Shown piece after piece: positions 1-11,890 of a stretch of DNA of 64,000 nt. Under the pieces are notes generated by a model. That model did no database searches and was not told the origin of the DNA. It worked only from the letters and a program-made list of their open reading frames with translations. Source of the DNA: Squalus acanthias (Eukaryota). The stretch covers positions 34,040,001 through 34,104,000 of the forward strand of contig CM059432.1 in the NCBI GenBank assembly GCA_030390025.1, read 5' to 3'. The translations under genes were made by a program, and so were the position numbers. Each line of letters begins with the position of its first letter. Position 1 is the stretch's first letter.

Positions 1-104
1 AATCTGGCTGGCCGCTGGGGGAAACAGACAAAAAAAATGTTGATCAGGCCCAGCCGTTAAATTCGGTAAGGCCTATTCCAGCCTCCAAGTTAAAATCCTG
101 CCCC

Positions 105-307
105 ATAAGTCCAAAGTCACCTGATCCTCCCAAGCATTCTACACTTACCACATATCATGTCTCAAATTACTTATTTACAGTATCGCAAAATGTTATTTAC
201 TGAAAGAAATCAATCTAATTTTCATTTTAATGAATCAATACTAACTGCTTCCATCGTCTCCCTAGGGAGCCTGTCCCATAGATTGACCACTCGCTCACTG
301 AAATATT
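105..307 (-). mobile_element. CR1-like LINE 3' fragment (host of the MITE at 308-1153)
   Basis: Reverse complement aligns by eye with 49060-49260 and 42810-42940 (...gtgagcgagtggtcaatctatgg...gtggtaagtgtag...gtgactttggac). Confidence 0.7.
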
Positions 308-1153
308 GGGGGTGATTTTGCCAATGGGGAGCTTTTGGAGGCAGGACTCCCACTTGTCGGGTTTCAGTCCCGCCTCCATCAACCTCTGGCCAACCCAGGC
401 TATTTTCCCTTGATTGACCTTGTTAAGTCCGCCCAGCGGGCTTAGCAGGCCAATTAAGGGAAAGCCGGTTACAGAGAACGTCAACGTATGACGTTTCATC
501 TATCAAAAATTTTTGACAGCTGAATTGTCATCGTTTGACAGCTCTGTGAAGCTGTCAAACACTGACATTCTCTGTAGTTTGATGAGTTCTTGTACTCAAG
601 ACCTCATCAAACCTCTTTCTTTTGCAGAAATGAGGTGGTTGTTGCATTGGACAATGTAACAGCCATCTGTCATCTCTACCACGGAGGTGCGAGACTCTCC
701 GCATACACACTGATTGAAGTCTGCAGGAAGAAACAAAGGTAAGTACACTTTTTCTAACATTTTGTACTTACCTCAGATACTCACCTCTCCACACTTGCAC
801 CCATCACTTACCTTCACAGCGCATTTTTGGACCCCTCCGACCCCCGCAGACCCACTGCTCGCCTCGGTGAACCTGGTGGGTTTCGGAGCCTTCGGGAAGC
901 CCGCACTTCAGGGCTCAAAATGGGGATAATCCTATTTTCTGCCTGTTAACTACCTGTTAACAGGCAGTTCAGTGGATGTAATCCCTTCCCGCCTCCAAGG
1001 AGACGGGACCCGGCGCGGGATGGCTACCCACCTCCTGGCAAGATGGCATGGAGGCAGGTTGGGGACAGGTTGGGCACCCGCCCCCAAATTCTGCCATTTT
1101 CCCGGTAGTCCCGCCTCCAAACCCGCCTCCCCAGGGCTGGCAAAATCACCCCC
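308..1153. mobile_element. Non-autonomous PIF/Harbinger-like DNA transposon (MITE)
   Basis: Terminal inverted repeats GGGGGTGATTTTGCCA / TGGCAAAATCACCCCC with a 3-bp duplication ATT (305-307, 1154-1156). The flanks rejoin into a LINE 3' fragment seen uninterrupted near 49040-49445. Confidence 0.8.
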
Positions 1154-2904
1154 ATTGTTTCCACAGATTAGTTTTAAATTTACCCCCTTGGAACACAGAC
1201 ATTATTTAGTCCCTTTAGAATGCTAAACTTACCATATCCAAACAAGCAGTCATTTGGAAAGGAGTATAACCAGCAACAACCAGTTAATCTGTTTTTTTAT
1301 GGGTTGATGTTGGTTCAGGTAGGAATATTAGCCATGACAATGGCACAACTTCCTGTTCTTTTTCAAATAGCGCCACAGTTTCTTTACTGTCCCACTGTAT
1401 TGCCCAACCAGGCAGATGGAACCTCGGTCTGACATCTCACCCGAAGGGCAGCATTTTTGGTAATGAAGCACTCCCTCAAAACTGCGCTGAGGTACTAACT
1501 TAAATCTGTGCTTCAATCTTGGAGCGGGACTTGAGGTCACAACAGCTCATAAGAAAACATCAAATACCCCGTGGGAATCAATGTTCTCGTGCTGCTGGGA
1601 CCATGGGAATATCATAGGTTTGGATAATGGGAGTGGAAGCATCATCAGATAGCCATTAAGGAAAAGGCAGGGAGTGGACAGCTCCAGTTGAAGACTGGAA
1701 AGGCTTGATGGGCTGAATATCCTCCTTTGTACTGTAATTTCTACGAGTCGATATTGTTGAGCTTGTTTCACTATGTTCAGGATCACAGCGTATTAGACAA
1801 CAGTTTTTCTCAGGAGATTATGTAAATTGGATAGAGTCCACGATAAGGCAGATTGTACCTGGTCTGTGAAAAAGAGTGGGCTTGACAGGTCAAATGCTCT
1901 TTGTTCTTTCTATAATGCTTAGTAAACTCTCTTCCTATCTCCTCTATCTCTTTTCCTTTGCCCATATGGTCTCTTTGAAGATGCATTGCTCCAGTCTTTA
2001 CTGATGCTTTGGAGGCCACAAATCAGAGATCAAACCTGGGTCTTTCCTGATCTGCGTGACCAAGCACCATGCCATGTGGTGCAGTTTCCCACCCAACCAC
2101 CGGGGGAGTGTTCTATTTACAAAGCTGCGTGTTCAGACTATTTTGTTCATGTTTTATAGGACTCTTGAATCAAATCTGAAAGGCCCCAATAAATTTTCAG
2201 ACAGTTTATTACAAAGCTCGCCAACTAATCTCTGTCTGCCCCAAAACCTATCCTCTGTGCAGTCAAAGGCTTTCTCTTATTTCCTTCCTTCATGCCAGCT
2301 AATTCATATGTAATGTTAATGGGATGTTTTCAACCTCAGCTAGAGGGGCTGCACTTGATTATTGATGTGTTCTTTGGACTGCTGTTGGTCTGTTTCAGAC
2401 ATGGGATTAATCTGCTTGACAGCAGTAAATAAATTTAACTGACCCTTCTTAATATTTTCTTTAGGGCCAAGTTCTTTTCCTAATTTTTTTCTCTCCTCTC
2501 ATGAAAACACCGACTCTTGCTGGGGTATGGTTCCACCGGTGCCAATGGCTTTCCGACACTTTGCCAAAGTGGCCGCTCTCCGCAGGAATGTTGGCAGGCT
2601 ATCCTACCACAAAGGGCATCACAACTGCACCACCCTCCCCCATCCTACCCTCACCCAACAACCACAGATGCATACGCTGCAACAGGGACTCATTTGATAG
2701 CAATCAGAAGTAGGAACCCCTGGCTGTTTCCTCATTCTCCTCAGCCCAAGGGTTCTGCATCCTGACTATTGCCCTGCCTGAGATCAGCGAACATAAGGAC
2801 AGATTGGGGACCGAACCTTGGTCCTTCCTGGGCCAACTGGCTCAGTCCCAGACTTGTGATGCTTTTACCATCATTACTTGTTTTTAACCATGATTTGTTT
2901 TAGA

Positions 2905-3385
2905 TTTTGTTCTTGGGGTGTGAGCGACACTAGGAAGGCTGCATTTATTGCCCAAAACTAATTGTCCTGAGGGCATTAAAAGGCAATAGTGTTGGACTTG
3001 CGCCATGTGTAGACCATGATGCGGAGATGCCGGTGTTGGACTGGGGTGGACAAAAATGAGAAGTCGCACAACACCAGGTTATAGTCCAACAGTTTTATTT
3101 GAAATTACGAGCTTTCGGAGCGCTCCGAAAGCTCGTAATTTCAAATAAAACTGTTGGACTATAACCTGGTGTTGTGCGACTTCTCATGTGTAGACCAGAC
3201 CAAGTAAGGGTGGTAGGTTCCCTTCCTTGAGGGACATTAGTTAACCAGTTGGGAATTTAACAACAAAATGGCAGCTTTTGTGGTTAGTTTTCTGGTGCCA
3301 ATCCAGAGATTACCAAATTTGTCGAATGCCATTCACAATTTGCCATGGTGGGATTTGAACTTATGACCTCTGAGCTGCAAGTCCA
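2905..3385 (-). mobile_element. tRNA-derived SINE with LINE-like tail (HE1-like), interrupted by a Penelope-like insertion
   Basis: Same family as 27230-27615, 30655-30990, 46095-46470 and 60830-61165 (gtgggatttgaac head; gcatttattgccc tail). Confidence 0.7.
3017..3187 (-). mobile_element. Penelope-like element 3' fragment with 5' inversion (132-bp perfect palindrome 3056-3187)
   Basis: Perfect inverted repeat centred on ggagc|gctcc, flanked by direct repeat catgtgtagacca (3004-3016, 3185-3197). Same family as 36923-37102. Confidence 0.8.
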
Positions 3386-5564
3386 GCACTTGTTTAAGAA
3401 TGGATTGGAAAGGTTGAAGGAAAGGGGAATAAAAGAATATAAGGCAGGAGGATACGATTAGGACTACTGCTTGCATGGAGGATAAACACCAACACAGATT
3501 GATCGGGCAGAACGGCCTATTTCAGTGTTGTAATTTCTATTTAATTCTCTAACCACCAGGCTGCAGGACCCTATTTTAACATATGGTAAGTTTAGCATGC
3601 TTGGGAGGAACGTATGGTTCTCAAAGCTTCCCAACAATCCAGTACCATAACCATTAGGCTAAAGTACACTGAAATTGACAAATATTCAACACCACCCCCA
3701 GTTAATCCTATATTCCCTCTTCAAACTATTTCTTTCTAAGATTAGTTTGGAAGGGTAGTCAACCCCTAAGGGGTAAGGTCTGTGAAGACCGATCCCAAGT
3801 TTCCAACAGGTTCTTTTCCTCTATGTCCCTCAGTACACTCTGGAGTAGGCTTTTGGCCTATTTGGTGTCTGCAGTAAGCTAATCATATGGCATCCAAAAG
3901 TATTCAAATGTGGTTCTGAATCTAAGCCCTGGATTGCAGTTTGGCTGCTGCATCCGATTACACTTCAAAGTCTCTTCTTCTGAAAAAAAGCAAATGGAAA
4001 AAGAAAATTAAAGTCGGGGATTGGGTTAAATAAAGAATGATTAGAAAGGAAAATCACTAATCTTCTTAATCTCACTAAAAGGAACTGGTACAACCCAACC
4101 TTCACTGAAAACACATGTGCTAAAGAATGTTATTCAGTCTTGCATTCTCCTTTTCATAGACTGTGTTTCTCCTCGCAGACAATATCACAGTGACCTGTCA
4201 TAGCTATCTTGTTCAATTCTTTCTTCAATTTATCTCTTACTCCCAAACGGAACATAGGAACAGGAGTATGTCATTCAGCCCCTTGAACCTGTTCCATCAC
4301 TCAATTAGATTATGGCTGATCCGTACACGTCAAGTCCATTTACCCACTTTTGATCCAAATGGGGAGGCTATGATGGGGAACTGAAGGCATGGTCAAAGAG
4401 GAGTGCTTTGAGAAAGTTACGGCAATTAGAGAGGAAGTGGGCAAGATGGAGGAAAGTGGGTAGAGAATTCCCGAGGGCAGGAACATATGTCTGAACAAGT
4501 GACGGGAGCAAGCGGTGAGGAGAATCTGGTGTTAGAGGAGTGTACGCGGTATGAGGAGATAAAATAGAATATGAATACTGACCTGAGAGGGAAAATGGTA
4601 GCTAAAAGCAGTGTGAACAAATTATTATTTCATTGGTGCATTTATGAAGCAGTTTCTGGCTCCAAATTGCTTTGGTTTAAATGGCTCGTCCAAATACATC
4701 AAATGTGGGAATTATGTGACCGTACTTGTACTGAGTAAAATTCCAAAACAACCAATGGCTATAATGTCAATGGTAACTGATTGGCTGAATGTGAAGCAAT
4801 CAAAAATCATTTCCATTCCGGACAAATCAGCAATGAGCAAGCACCACAAAAGCATCGAGTCAGATTTTCTCTGAAGCCAATTAGCAACTTAGATGCAATC
4901 AGCAACTGCCACAAAATAAGCCAGTTAAATCATTCGGACAATTTCTTCATGGTTGCCATTTTACTTGGGCCAGTGCAAAAATAATACACACAAAAGAAAA
5001 GCAGAATTCTACAAAAACAAATCACCGCTTACCAGTAAAATTGGTTGTTTAAGGGGTAGTTCTCTGAGTACGCACAAAGGCAACAAACTTTGTGTGCCTC
5101 CAATGCAAATTGAAAAATTCTGGGAAGCATTGCAAAAAATGTTCTCTGAGCAAGGCGTGCCCATCTGTCTGGAGCCTGGGGCTTGAGATTTCCTTCAGTC
5201 TCAAGAGGTGGAAATTTCACACAAGACCTGCATGCTTGGGCTTTCCAGCTTCTGCTGGCAAATTCTGGGTGTGTGCAGGAGAGAAGTATCATGTGAGTTA
5301 TAGCTTTTACTTTTTTTCCTTGTGAACTACAATAACCAGAAATGTTCTGTGACAGCCAAGCAGAAAATTTACAAGTGGCAACTTGCAGATTTTTGCCAGC
5401 ATGTTAATTCAATTTAGCCATTAAATAAAAATATTGATGCAACACAGCTATTTTGCATGAGTTTTTCTTTTACTGAGTGTGTTACTGAGGAGGATTGATA
5501 TTTCATCCAGAGCTGAAGGGGAATGTTTGTGAGGCACTTTGCTGGACATTATGACCAGTCAATT

Positions 5565-5985
5565 AATCATAAGAACAGGAGTAGGCCATTCAGCCCCTCA
5601 AGTCTATTCTGCCATTCAATCAGATCATGGCTGATCTGTACCTCCATTTACCTGCCTTAGCTCCTTATTCCTTGATACCCTGACCTAATAAAAATCTATT
5701 GACCTCAGTCTTTGAAGCTCCAATTGACTCCCAGCATTCACAGCCCTTTGGGGGGAGTGAATTTCAGATTTCCATATTCTTTGTGTGAAAAATTGCTTCC
5801 TGATTTCCCTCCCAAATGGCTTGGCTCTAATTTTAAGATAATGTCCTCTCGTTCTTGATTCCTCACCAGAGGAAATAGTTTCTCTGTATCTACCCTATCG
5901 AATCCATTTAACATTTTAAACACCTCGATCAGATCACCCCTCAAACTCAATACTTAAGGTAATACAAGCCAAGTCTATGCATGAT
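5565..5985 (-). mobile_element. CR1-like LINE 3' fragment
   Basis: Minus-strand ORF LRGDLIEVFKMLNGFDRVDTEKLFPL is the typical CR1 ORF2 C-terminus, with the 3' tail gaatggcctactcctgttc. Confidence 0.85.
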
Positions 5986-7644
5986 GAATGACCAGCCATT
6001 CAACCTCCTTGCCGTTGGAGAATCAATGTTGAGAAAATCCTCTCAGGTGTGGTGTACGTCAATTGACAGCTTCAACAAGAATTACAGATTCACCATAAAG
6101 GGGAGAAAACAAATAACTTTTATAATCACGTAAATAACTGAGAAAAAGGAGGAAGGTTTGAGGAGGAAGGAGGGATGAATAAACAAATTTTAAAAAACAG
6201 GGAAGAAGAGTCTTTGTGAAGAGAAGAAGCAAGTTAGGGTATCTTGAGCAAGTGGCAGGGTAGCTAGTATATTATTGTCTAGGTCTTCTGGGGTAGTTCT
6301 ATTGGGAGTAAGGATCAGTCGGCTAGGTAGAATAGTAAGTAGCATTTAGGTAGGGTAGGCTGTGATAGTGGTAACAGTTAACTTGGATTAAAATCACACT
6401 CTGGACATGCAAAAATACAAGACTGAGAAGTTAGGTGTAGGATGGCCTGAGAGTGGAGTGTTAATTGTTGGACAGGTGCCCAGATGTCTGGTGGAGGTGT
6501 TGGAAGTGTGAATAGTGAAAGGTTTCAGTGTAATAAAAGTCTAAAAAGATAAGGAAGTGAGGATTCCGAAGGCCAGCCTTGGTTAATCATGTGTGTGACA
6601 TGTCCAGAGAATATTAAACAGATAGTATTGCTAACGAGCATGTAAGAAAGGGGGATATAGTCTTTGTAACCACTAACGCACTTATACATTAACCTTACAT
6701 ACTCAATTACTAACTATACATACTATGGACATGCTTGCGTATCATATAAAGATATAACACACTTTAGAAACTTTAAGTAGTTTTCATGAGGACCATGAGT
6801 GGTCAGAGGACTCATCTCATGAGGCCCAATGAGTATGTTGCTTGTGAGTATAAGTACTGCGTGTGCTGGATTTGTAGTAAGTGTATTGATAAATAAGGCT
6901 TACTAATCAGATGCCTCTCTATCTCTTGAGTCCAGGAGCCTGTATTAAAGTGAAGGATAAGGATTATCCTGAACCTCTGCCCACTGCAATGATGCATCCC
7001 TGACCCCAGCTGATCTTCCTGCCTCAGGGTCATTTCCACATTGTAATCAGGCTCTTCTACTGGGGGATGTCCCTGGATTAGAGAAGGAGTATTGCTGAGG
7101 CAGGCCATAGAGGCCGGCAACCCAAAGCCACTGGTAAAATCTCGTGTGCAACAGACACACAAGTTCCGATTATGGGCTCCCAATGAATGAGGCCGCCTGC
7201 CTGGAGCACAGAGCCAGAACATTTCCCCTCAAGTGTCATCTTATCGTAATACAGCTTTATGAGTAACCATGACAGCACATATGGCTTGGAACGAGTGGAG
7301 TGCCGACTCTCTTGTCCCCTAATTAACCAATAAACCCCACCTTCCGGGAGCTCGCAACTCAAACCTTTTCTAAGTTATTTCACCTTTCCTTGGAACTCCA
7401 TTAAAATAAAGTCAAATACAGGTTCTCAAAACCAGGTGTAACAGGAAAATCATCCCTTTCCTCCCCTCCTTTTTTCCCTCCATTTTTCCAACTTCCCGAG
7501 TTTCTGCTCCTGATCTCCCACCAGAACTTTGGCAGAAGATCGTCAGAAACCCTGAAGAAATGGAGTAAACGGTTTCAGCTGAAGTTATGGCTGGCGATCA
7601 GAAGAACCCCACATGGAAATTTTACACTTCAATGTATTAGCCTT

Positions 7645-7745
7645 CAGTCTGATGAAGGGGGCACACCCCAAAAGCTAACTAATCTATTCTTCTTGATGCT
7701 GACTGACCCGCAGAGTATTTCCAGATTTTTCTCTTTTGATTTCAC
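7645..7745 (+). mobile_element. Degenerate Penelope-like 3' fragment with decayed hammerhead motif
   Basis: CTGATGA-AGGGG-gcaca-CCCC-aAAA-GCTA followed by gatgctgactgacc...gagtatttccag, similar to the tail at 54310-54416. Confidence 0.55.
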
Positions 7746-8988
7746 TTCTTCTCCCTGTCATGGCATTTCATTTTTAGTCAACCAAAACAAATTATACAAA
7801 CTCTGGGAATTGTTCCTGCTCCTTGCATCCTCTTTGTGATAATTTTGAGGCTTGTTCCGTCACTGGCGCGGTGGTCATTCCTTGAAGTGTTAAAAAGAAA
7901 GAACTTGCATTTATATAACCCCTTTCACAACCTCAGGACGCCATTGGCGCTTTACAGACAATGAAGTACCATCGAAGTGACATCGAATTTTACAGCACAG
8001 AGACAGGCCGTTCGGTCCAACTGGTCTATGTTAGTGTTTATGCTGCACACGAGCCTCCTCTCACTTTAATTCATCTCATCCTATCAACATATTAAATAGA
8101 AGTGTATAGTAACATTTTCTGCTGCATTTCAGATAGAACTGTGACATCATTGCAAGGCGACGGAAGAGAATATGGAAGTCTGGAGCAAGAAAACGCTTTT
8201 CAGCCCTTCAATCCTTCTCTAACCAGAGTCCGTCGGAGTATTCTGTGGTGGACTTCCTGCACCCCCCACCCCCTCAAACTGCTCATCTCTTATTTTAAGG
8301 AGAACTAAACAGCTGATTCTCAGAGGGAGAGTATCATGGGATACTGCAGGCGTACAGCCCATAATTGCCTGTTTGTTCGATGGAACTGCCCACCCAGGAT
8401 TTTCCACAATCCACTCCCTGCTATCGTTACTCCGCTCTGGGAGTGTGACAGTGGGTTATCAACCCTTCTTCCCTCCCCAACCTCCCCAGCAAAAACTATC
8501 AAGCAGTGCTATTAATAGCTCTCTAACCCACAATCCCCCTTCACAATAAATATTAATCCAGTTCCCTGTTATATTGACCACGAGGTCCTCTGGAAGTCTG
8601 CTCCACTAGTCCACTATCTTGTAGGGGGTGAGAGGCTTTTTTCTAATCACTAAGATGGCTCCTATCTCTATTGCTAGCATTATGAGGTCATCATCGGATG
8701 ACTGAAGGCTGCTAACTCTTTGTCGCCAGCAGCCTGGCTTCATTAGCTGGTGACAAAAGGCCAAATACAAGCAGAGGCAAATTAATTAGTTATTCATCTG
8801 TTTGCAGTTTGTCAGATGTTGCTGGTGTGAATAGCTGCCATGTTTGCCTACACAATAAAAGGCGCTACACTTCGAAGTAATTTATTGTGTGTTTTGAGAT
8901 GCTTCAATGACTTGATAGGTCATAATATAAATGCAAGCATTTTTTTCTACTTCTTGAGCTTGTCAAATTGTTACTGAGGCAAATGTGA

Positions 8989-9157
8989 CCACCCTTCCTA
9001 CAAAAAACATGGCCAGCCTCCCTACAACAAACATGCCCACCCTTCCTACAAAAAACATGGCCACCCTCCCTACAAAAAACATGGCCACCCTCCCTGCAAA
9101 AAACATGGCCATTCTACTCACAAAAGTACAGCCACCATGCCCACAAAAAAACATGGC
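8989..9157. repeat. 24-bp minisatellite (~7 copies, ccaccctccctacaaaaaacatgg)
   Basis: Direct tandem periodicity, reflected as 8-aa repeats in ORFs 8963-9154 and 8985-9221. Confidence 0.9.
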
Positions 9158-9964
9158 TGCCTACTGCTTTGTCGCAATTCACGAATTTTGGACTTTTTTT
9201 AAATGCTTCCAGTTCAAATGAAATTTTGAAACATGTAGGCAGGTACATTTAAATTGCACGCATGAATTGAGTATTAAGTAAATCGACAAATTGCAGGAAC
9301 TCACAAATATTTGTAGCATTGCTGCCATTACATTTCAACGTCATCTCAATATTTTATCAAGCTGCTAGCTCACGGTTATTTGATTCCAAAATCAGGAACG
9401 CAGTGAATTGAGCGTACTGAGCTTTACACCCGATTCTTTGATTGGTGCTCTCATTGAGTGTGACTTGCACCTGGAGCACAGTCTTCGAGCTTCAGTGCTA
9501 AGGTGCTTTCTCTGATCACGTCTAGCAGTGTGATGTCATCACCTCAGATCCCTCCAAGTTGATCTCCCCGCATATTTGAAATGGTAAGAATGAATCAGTA
9601 CCAAACATGGGATAATGGTGGAGTCATTTTTTTTCCATATATACTGGCTGACTTCTCATGTAGGTGTTTACAGGTAGTCTGGGGTCTGCAGTGTGCTTAT
9701 CATGTTTAGCTGTTAACTGATCATGTCCATTTAAACTGTAGTTGAAGCAATTCTTGTGGTGGTCTAAATAGGCACATCTAAGATCCATTAGAGGCTAATT
9801 GTTGTTGCTGTTGGATGTTTGTTAAGACTGGCAGCTGCTTGACTCCACGCCTCGGGGAGTTATCTCAAAGTTAGAAAATCCATCAGAAAATAATTGGCTC
9901 TCTTTCTCTTTGTGTGTACTTTATTTTGAAGATTGTTTAGTTGCAATTTGTTGGTGCTTTATAC

Positions 9965-10160
9965 AAAGTGTGACGTGTGGAGTGTGAAGTGCGATGTGTA
10001 GCGTGTGATATGTGGAGTGTAATATGTGGCATGTGACATGACGTGTGGTGTGTGGTGCGTGATGTGTGAAATGTGACGTTTGGCATGTGATATGTGGAGT
10101 GTAATGTGTGGTGTGTGACATGTGAAGTCTGACATGTCGCATGGGATGTGTGATGTGTGA
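9965..10160. repeat. Degenerate TG-rich low-complexity repeat
   Basis: Recurrent gtgtga/atgtgg units. Confidence 0.8.
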
Positions 10161-11569
10161 ATGGTTCTCATTTTTATATAAAAATGAGATATAAATATGA
10201 GATGGTATAGCAGAGCACAGGCAGAGATATTGAACCTCATCATTGCCGTGAGCCCCAAACCCAATAGCCAGCAGACAGGGGCAACTTCCAACTATCAGTC
10301 GGAGCTGCACTTAGACCCACATCCCAGTTGTGAAAGATCAATTTACTACCCAACTGGACCAAACATTTTCCCCCCAGTCACTCCCACCACCTTGTATCCT
10401 CCAGGTCAGCTGCAGCATCATCAGATGCAGAGTATACCTCCCTCTGTTGTGCCCCAACAACATGCTTTATCCCCAACTGCAGAAGAGCAGTCTGCTCTAC
10501 TGCACCAGTGTGACATTTCAATTATCTCAACTAGCCATCCTTGTAACCTTTGTGGCTGAGAGAGCAAGTTTACTTATCTTGTGGAGCTCTGTGCTGTGGG
10601 ACTTGGAGCTGGTTTGACCCGAGCTCAGACCCAATTTGTTTATGACCTTGAACAGCCAGAAGAAAGGGGAATACTCATCCCATGGGTCATGCACATGACT
10701 TGAGCCCAGGTATGAAAAAGTGATAAAGACAGAGTTCTACCAGATGGCACCACAGTCCACGGCCCCTTCCCCCACCCAAGAACATGCAAATTTTACAGAA
10801 GTCCCCATCTCTCCATACAATCCATGGCCCCCTTCCCCATCCTTTAACGTCCAAATTGGAGAAGTCCCCCTCCCACACTTTCTACAAACCCTTCCACCAT
10901 TCTATGACTTCCGAATTTGAGAAGCGAGAAGGATGAAGACAAAACACATTTGAAAAATAATTCACAATTCATTTATTTCCAAAATTCTCTTGCTTTTGTT
11001 ATACCAAGGTGTTAAATAACTTAAATACATCCTCCACAGTCACTCTGAAGAATCAGTACATTACCTACAAGCTATGCACATGAGGTAGAAACAAATAATT
11101 TAGGCTCCATTAGACTCTGAGAAAAAACACACGTAACCTGGGTATGTTAGTATCAGGAGTGCAATGACCACAAGTTTGTTTTTCTTTTTCCACTTTTCAT
11201 TCAGTTAAATTTGTACTCTATGTGTAGCAAAGTTCTCCCGCTATCCCACCCCGATGTTCCAGGTCTCCGCACCTTGTCTGACTGGGTTATATATCTTGAT
11301 TAACACTGCAATATAGTACTAAGGAAACACTACATTGTCGGAGGTGTCGTCATTTGGATGAAATGTTGGATCTAGGTCCCATCTGTCTGGTCAGTTGGGC
11401 GTTAAAAAGATCCCATTGCACTGTTGGAAGGAGGTTAGGGAGTTCTCCAAGTGTCAATTCGTTATTCAACTCATTACCGTTTGTGCAATCTTGTCGTGTG
11501 CAAAATGGCTGTCGTGCTTGACTACGTAACAACAGTGACTGTAGTTCAAAGTAATTCATTACAACTAAA

Positions 11570-11890
11570 AGTAACTCGCTAAGGCTTCTTCAACAGCACC
11601 TCCCAAACCCGCATCCTCCACAATCTGAAAGGACAAGGGCAGCAGGTGCATGGGAACACCATCACCTCAAAGTACCCCGCCAAGTCAAAAATATATCACC
11701 ATTCCTTCATCGTCGCTGGGCCAAAATCCTAGAACTCCCTCCCTAACAACATTGTAGGAGCACCTTCACCGCACGGACTGCAGTGGTTCAAGTAGAAGGC
11801 TCACCACCCCCTTCTCAAGGGTAACTAGGGATGAGCAATAAAAGCTGGCCTTGCCAGCAATGCCCATAATCCCCAAAATGATTTTTTTTA
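11570..11890 (+). mobile_element. LINE 3' fragment sharing its tail with the HE1-like SINEs
   Basis: Aligns with 21740-22045 (cagcacctcccaaacc...ggactgcagtggttcaag...gcaataaa..ctggccttgccagc). Confidence 0.8.

Noticed and set aside
8719..8757. Short hairpin tttgtcgccagc/gctggtgacaaa
   Set aside because: A 12-bp stem with a wobble pair is within chance expectation and has no other support.
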